A stretch of DNA of 28,090 nt, taken from IMG/VR virus record IMGVR_UViG_3300027586_000037, positions 1-28,090 of that record, one strand, 5' to 3'. A program made the translations under genes and the position numbers. The stretch is from a virus (Duplodnaviria > Caudoviricetes). Shown here one piece after another: positions 26,035 through 28,090 of the stretch (positions are counted from its first letter, which is position 1; the number at the start of each line of letters is the position of its first letter). The notes beneath the pieces are model-generated. The model saw only the letters and a program-made list of their open reading frames with translations, did not search any database and was not told where the DNA came from.

Positions 26035-26573
26035 TTTGTGTACACCAATGCAAGCGTAAGACGATAGAATGCGGCTATATGAGACTGTGGTCGAATAGTG
26101 TGTGGAATCTTGGCATCAAACGCAATTAGTCTGCCGGGTGTGTATGCACTAGCAAACATAATGTTTTTGCCGGCCTCATCAAAAAACAAAGTCTCGCCGT
26201 GCCAGCCATCGTGCCATTCTAAGTTGACATAGTAGAGCAGTATTTTATCTTCTGGATGCGAATGTACAAAATTTACATCTGCTGGCGTAGATAGGTTCAG
26301 TACGCACTTAGTGAGTGTGTGTCCGATCATTTCATCAGCAGCAGGAGTTTTGTTTAGGCGTTCCACAATCTCAATCTTAGACAAGTCTTCAGCAGAATAA
26401 ACTGAGTGTAGGAACTGATGTTTTTTGTTTTCAATAATAGAGCCATCTGCCCAGCCGATTTGAAACTTTGAAGCATGTGCAAACGCATACAGATTGTTAC
26501 GATACTCCATGTCAAATACGTTGTCATATACGCGCAATTTTCGGCCGTTGTCAACCTCAGCTTCTATAATCAT
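26028..26573 (-). CDS. 2OG-Fe(II) oxygenase family protein (HxH variant)
   Basis: FVHSHPE, LLYYVNLEW...WHGETLFF, PGRLIAFDAKIPHTIRP, YRLTLA. Start set at ATG 26573 (ATGA overlap with the upstream stop). Confidence 0.85.
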   Translation of the reverse strand: MIIEAEVDNGRKLRVYDNVFDMEYRNNLYAFAHASKFQIGWADGSIIENKKHQFLHSVYSAEDLSKIEIVERLNKTPAADEMIGHTLTKCVLNLSTPADVNFVHSHPEDKILLYYVNLEWHDGWHGETLFFDEAGKNIMFASAYTPGRLIAFDAKIPHTIRPQSHIAAFYRLTLALVYTKC

Positions 26574-27118
26574 TTGGTTGCGAAGCATTCAAGAACCTCA
26601 TCATATTTTAGTTTTGCAAAACACAGAGAAAGCAACCGGCGAGCTTTGTTTGGTTTTAAGGTGACCGAGTGTGGAGTATCTGTATCCATCAGCCAAATTT
26701 CATTGGTGGCAGCACAAAATTCTTCCTCAAAATCTGATTTCTGAGTTTCTCGGTTCCAATGGTAGAACGTGGTAGTTTCACCGCTCGTTTCAAGGTATAT
26801 ATTAATGCTGGTTTTCTTTCCGTAATCCCTGTGTGCAGGCAGCACAGGGTTAGGTGTATCGATGGCCGGCAACTCCAAAAGCAGAACATATGGATACTCA
26901 AGATTCAGCAACTTACTTGGAAGCTGCTCAATAAGGCGTTTCTCATTGCTAACGCTTTTATTTTTTGCACTCCATCCGCTTTCAGCCAGCGCATCGTAGT
27001 CTCCTGGCAAGCCCTTGCTATATCGTTGCAATACCGCATAATCTCGAAATGGTGTGATGGTAGCCTCAGCCAGAAAACCCATGTCAATATGATAGTCAAG
27101 TTTTGTCGCATGTTTCAT
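26570..27118 (-). CDS. Double-stranded beta-helix protein, divergent 2OG-Fe(II) oxygenase-like
   Basis: LPAHRD (HxD), SINIYL, WLMDTDTPHSV (distal H), RRLLSLCF. Confidence 0.7.
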   Translation of the reverse strand: MKHATKLDYHIDMGFLAEATITPFRDYAVLQRYSKGLPGDYDALAESGWSAKNKSVSNEKRLIEQLPSKLLNLEYPYVLLLELPAIDTPNPVLPAHRDYGKKTSINIYLETSGETTTFYHWNRETQKSDFEEEFCAATNEIWLMDTDTPHSVTLKPNKARRLLSLCFAKLKYDEVLECFATK

Positions 27119-27588
27119 TTAAACTCTAATCCATATACATCTGTAACCGCAACCGCGGTGGTACCCGCTGACCTAACTGAAATTTGTCGTGGAGCTACAT
27201 AGTTCTGCTCATTGATTGTCAGAGTTCCGGAGCAAAGAAACAGAGATGTACCTTCGGGTAACGCAATCGACTGTCCCATCTTCACATCACGTACTTCAAT
27301 GAGAGGCACGTAGTTTTGATTAACTTTAGGGTCGTAACACCAAGAAACGCTGGGCACATTGACAGTGGCGGCATACACAGCATCTTCATATGTGCCGTTC
27401 TTGAACCATCCGGGAATGCACTGGTGAACTACTTCTCCAGTCTGCTTGTCCCGTACAGTCACGCTGCCTTCGGTAAACAATAGTAAGGTTTTACTGTCAG
27501 CATAAGTTGTGGTGTCGGATGTGTATCCAGCTTCATATTCGTTCGAGTACAAAATTCGGCCAAAAGCTGCGTGAGGTTTGCGTATCAT
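27115..27588 (-). CDS. Hypothetical beta-rich protein, possibly cupin-like
   Basis: Coupled ORF with two similar segments, LLLFTEGSVTV and LFLCSGTLTI; no obvious metal-binding His set. Confidence 0.7.
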   Translation of the reverse strand: MIRKPHAAFGRILYSNEYEAGYTSDTTTYADSKTLLLFTEGSVTVRDKQTGEVVHQCIPGWFKNGTYEDAVYAATVNVPSVSWCYDPKVNQNYVPLIEVRDVKMGQSIALPEGTSLFLCSGTLTINEQNYVAPRQISVRSAGTTAVAVTDVYGLEFK

Positions 27589-27590
27589 GT

Positions 27591-27929
27591 TTACACCATA
27601 TCAAGAGGAGTTATGAAAGTGGTGGCCAGCTCGCTAACAGTAAATTCGTGCGTCTGGCCGACTAACGATTTAAGCGCAGCGATCCGTTCTGGATCAGCAA
27701 CAAACCTTTCTCTGGCCTCTTGCTGCTGGGCGTGGTACATTCCTGCTCTAGCCAACTCTTTTTTTAGCTGTGTTATATCAGTTACCTCCGGCCACATGGT
27801 CAGTGGTTGAAACGCATATGCTGTATAGGCTTCCGGGTCTTGGTTTGCTGTTGTATCTGAAGCAAACGAGATTAACAACGAGTTGGTATCCTCTTCGTAG
27901 CTCTTGATTTTAAATTTAACAATATCCAT
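27591..27929 (-). CDS. Hypothetical protein downstream of the adhesin-like gene (112 aa)
   Basis: GGAG SD before ATG 27929; 2-nt gap to the next gene. Confidence 0.8.
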   Translation of the reverse strand: MDIVKFKIKSYEEDTNSLLISFASDTTANQDPEAYTAYAFQPLTMWPEVTDITQLKKELARAGMYHAQQQEARERFVADPERIAALKSLVGQTHEFTVSELATTFITPLDMV

Positions 27930-27954
27930 ATTTACTCCAATTTAACGATATTCA

Positions 27955-27962
27955 TATTTACT
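27955..27962 (-). promoter_or_regulatory. Possible late promoter variant (AGTAAATA)
   Basis: TAAATA core in the 38-nt gap between the adhesin stop and the cassette's next gene. Confidence 0.35.
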
Positions 27963-27967
27963 ACAAT

Positions 27968-28090
27968 TTAACCTGCTGGGCCATTCCGCTGGCCAGTTGA
28001 TGACCATGTAACATTCCAGCCGCCAGTAACATAAAAGCCTGCTGGACCGCCGGCACCACCGGGACGTGGGTTATGACCACCAGTTGCTTG
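27968..28090 (-). CDS. C-terminus of a glycine-rich gp38-like adhesin / receptor-binding protein (5' part outside the window)
   Basis: My translation: QATGGHNPRPGGAGGPAGFYVTGGWNVTWSSTGQRNGPAG*. The GGAGG.AG..V.G...VTW..TG.R.G pattern resembles the end of T2/T6-type gp38 adhesins. Only 40 aa are visible. Confidence 0.6.
   Translation of the reverse strand, partial: QATGGHNPRPGGAGGPAGFYVTGGWNVTWSSTGQRNGPAG

Noticed and set aside
1-28090. CRISPR arrays, tRNAs, introns, inteins, DGR elements
   Set aside because: By eye I found no spaced direct repeats, cloverleafs, interrupted core genes or reverse transcriptase; a dedicated scan was not possible.

Overview
A 28 kb piece of a large T4-like myovirus (Tevenvirinae/Kyanoviridae-style gene set, no photosynthesis genes in this window). 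Four blocks: (1) 1-16154, minus strand, baseplate/spike operon transcribed in the order gp48, gp53, hub, gp5 split into two genes, hypothetical, gp25, gp6, gp7, gp8, and a large DUF4815/VrlC-like structural gene that runs off the left edge and is missing from the ORF track. (2) 16190-20941, plus strand: gp4, gp2, gp54/gp19-like, gp26-like, gp51-like and a tape-measure-like protein with a C-terminal M23 peptidase. (3) 20989-24879, minus strand: gp32, HAD nucleotidase, gp59, gp33, dsbA, a small membrane protein, a SleB-type hydrolase, a small hypothetical and a 53-aa secreted low-complexity peptide also missing from the ORF track. (4) 24962-28090, minus strand, a visibly GC-richer cassette: C-terminus of a glycine-rich gp38-like adhesin, two hypotheticals and four coupled 2OG-Fe(II) oxygenase-fold genes. 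Best leads: a T TTT TTC -1 slippery site that would fuse gp26 to gp51 just upstream of the tape measure (lambda G/GT-like); an H-type pseudoknot and ACA-rich leaders sharing a 10-nt upstream motif with the gp32 leader; an orphan 3' end resembling a two-piece tmRNA at the cassette boundary; the adhesin plus oxygenase cassette; and the split, lysozyme-less gp5 ending in an HxH tip. All product calls come from remembered family motifs and gene order; no database search was run.
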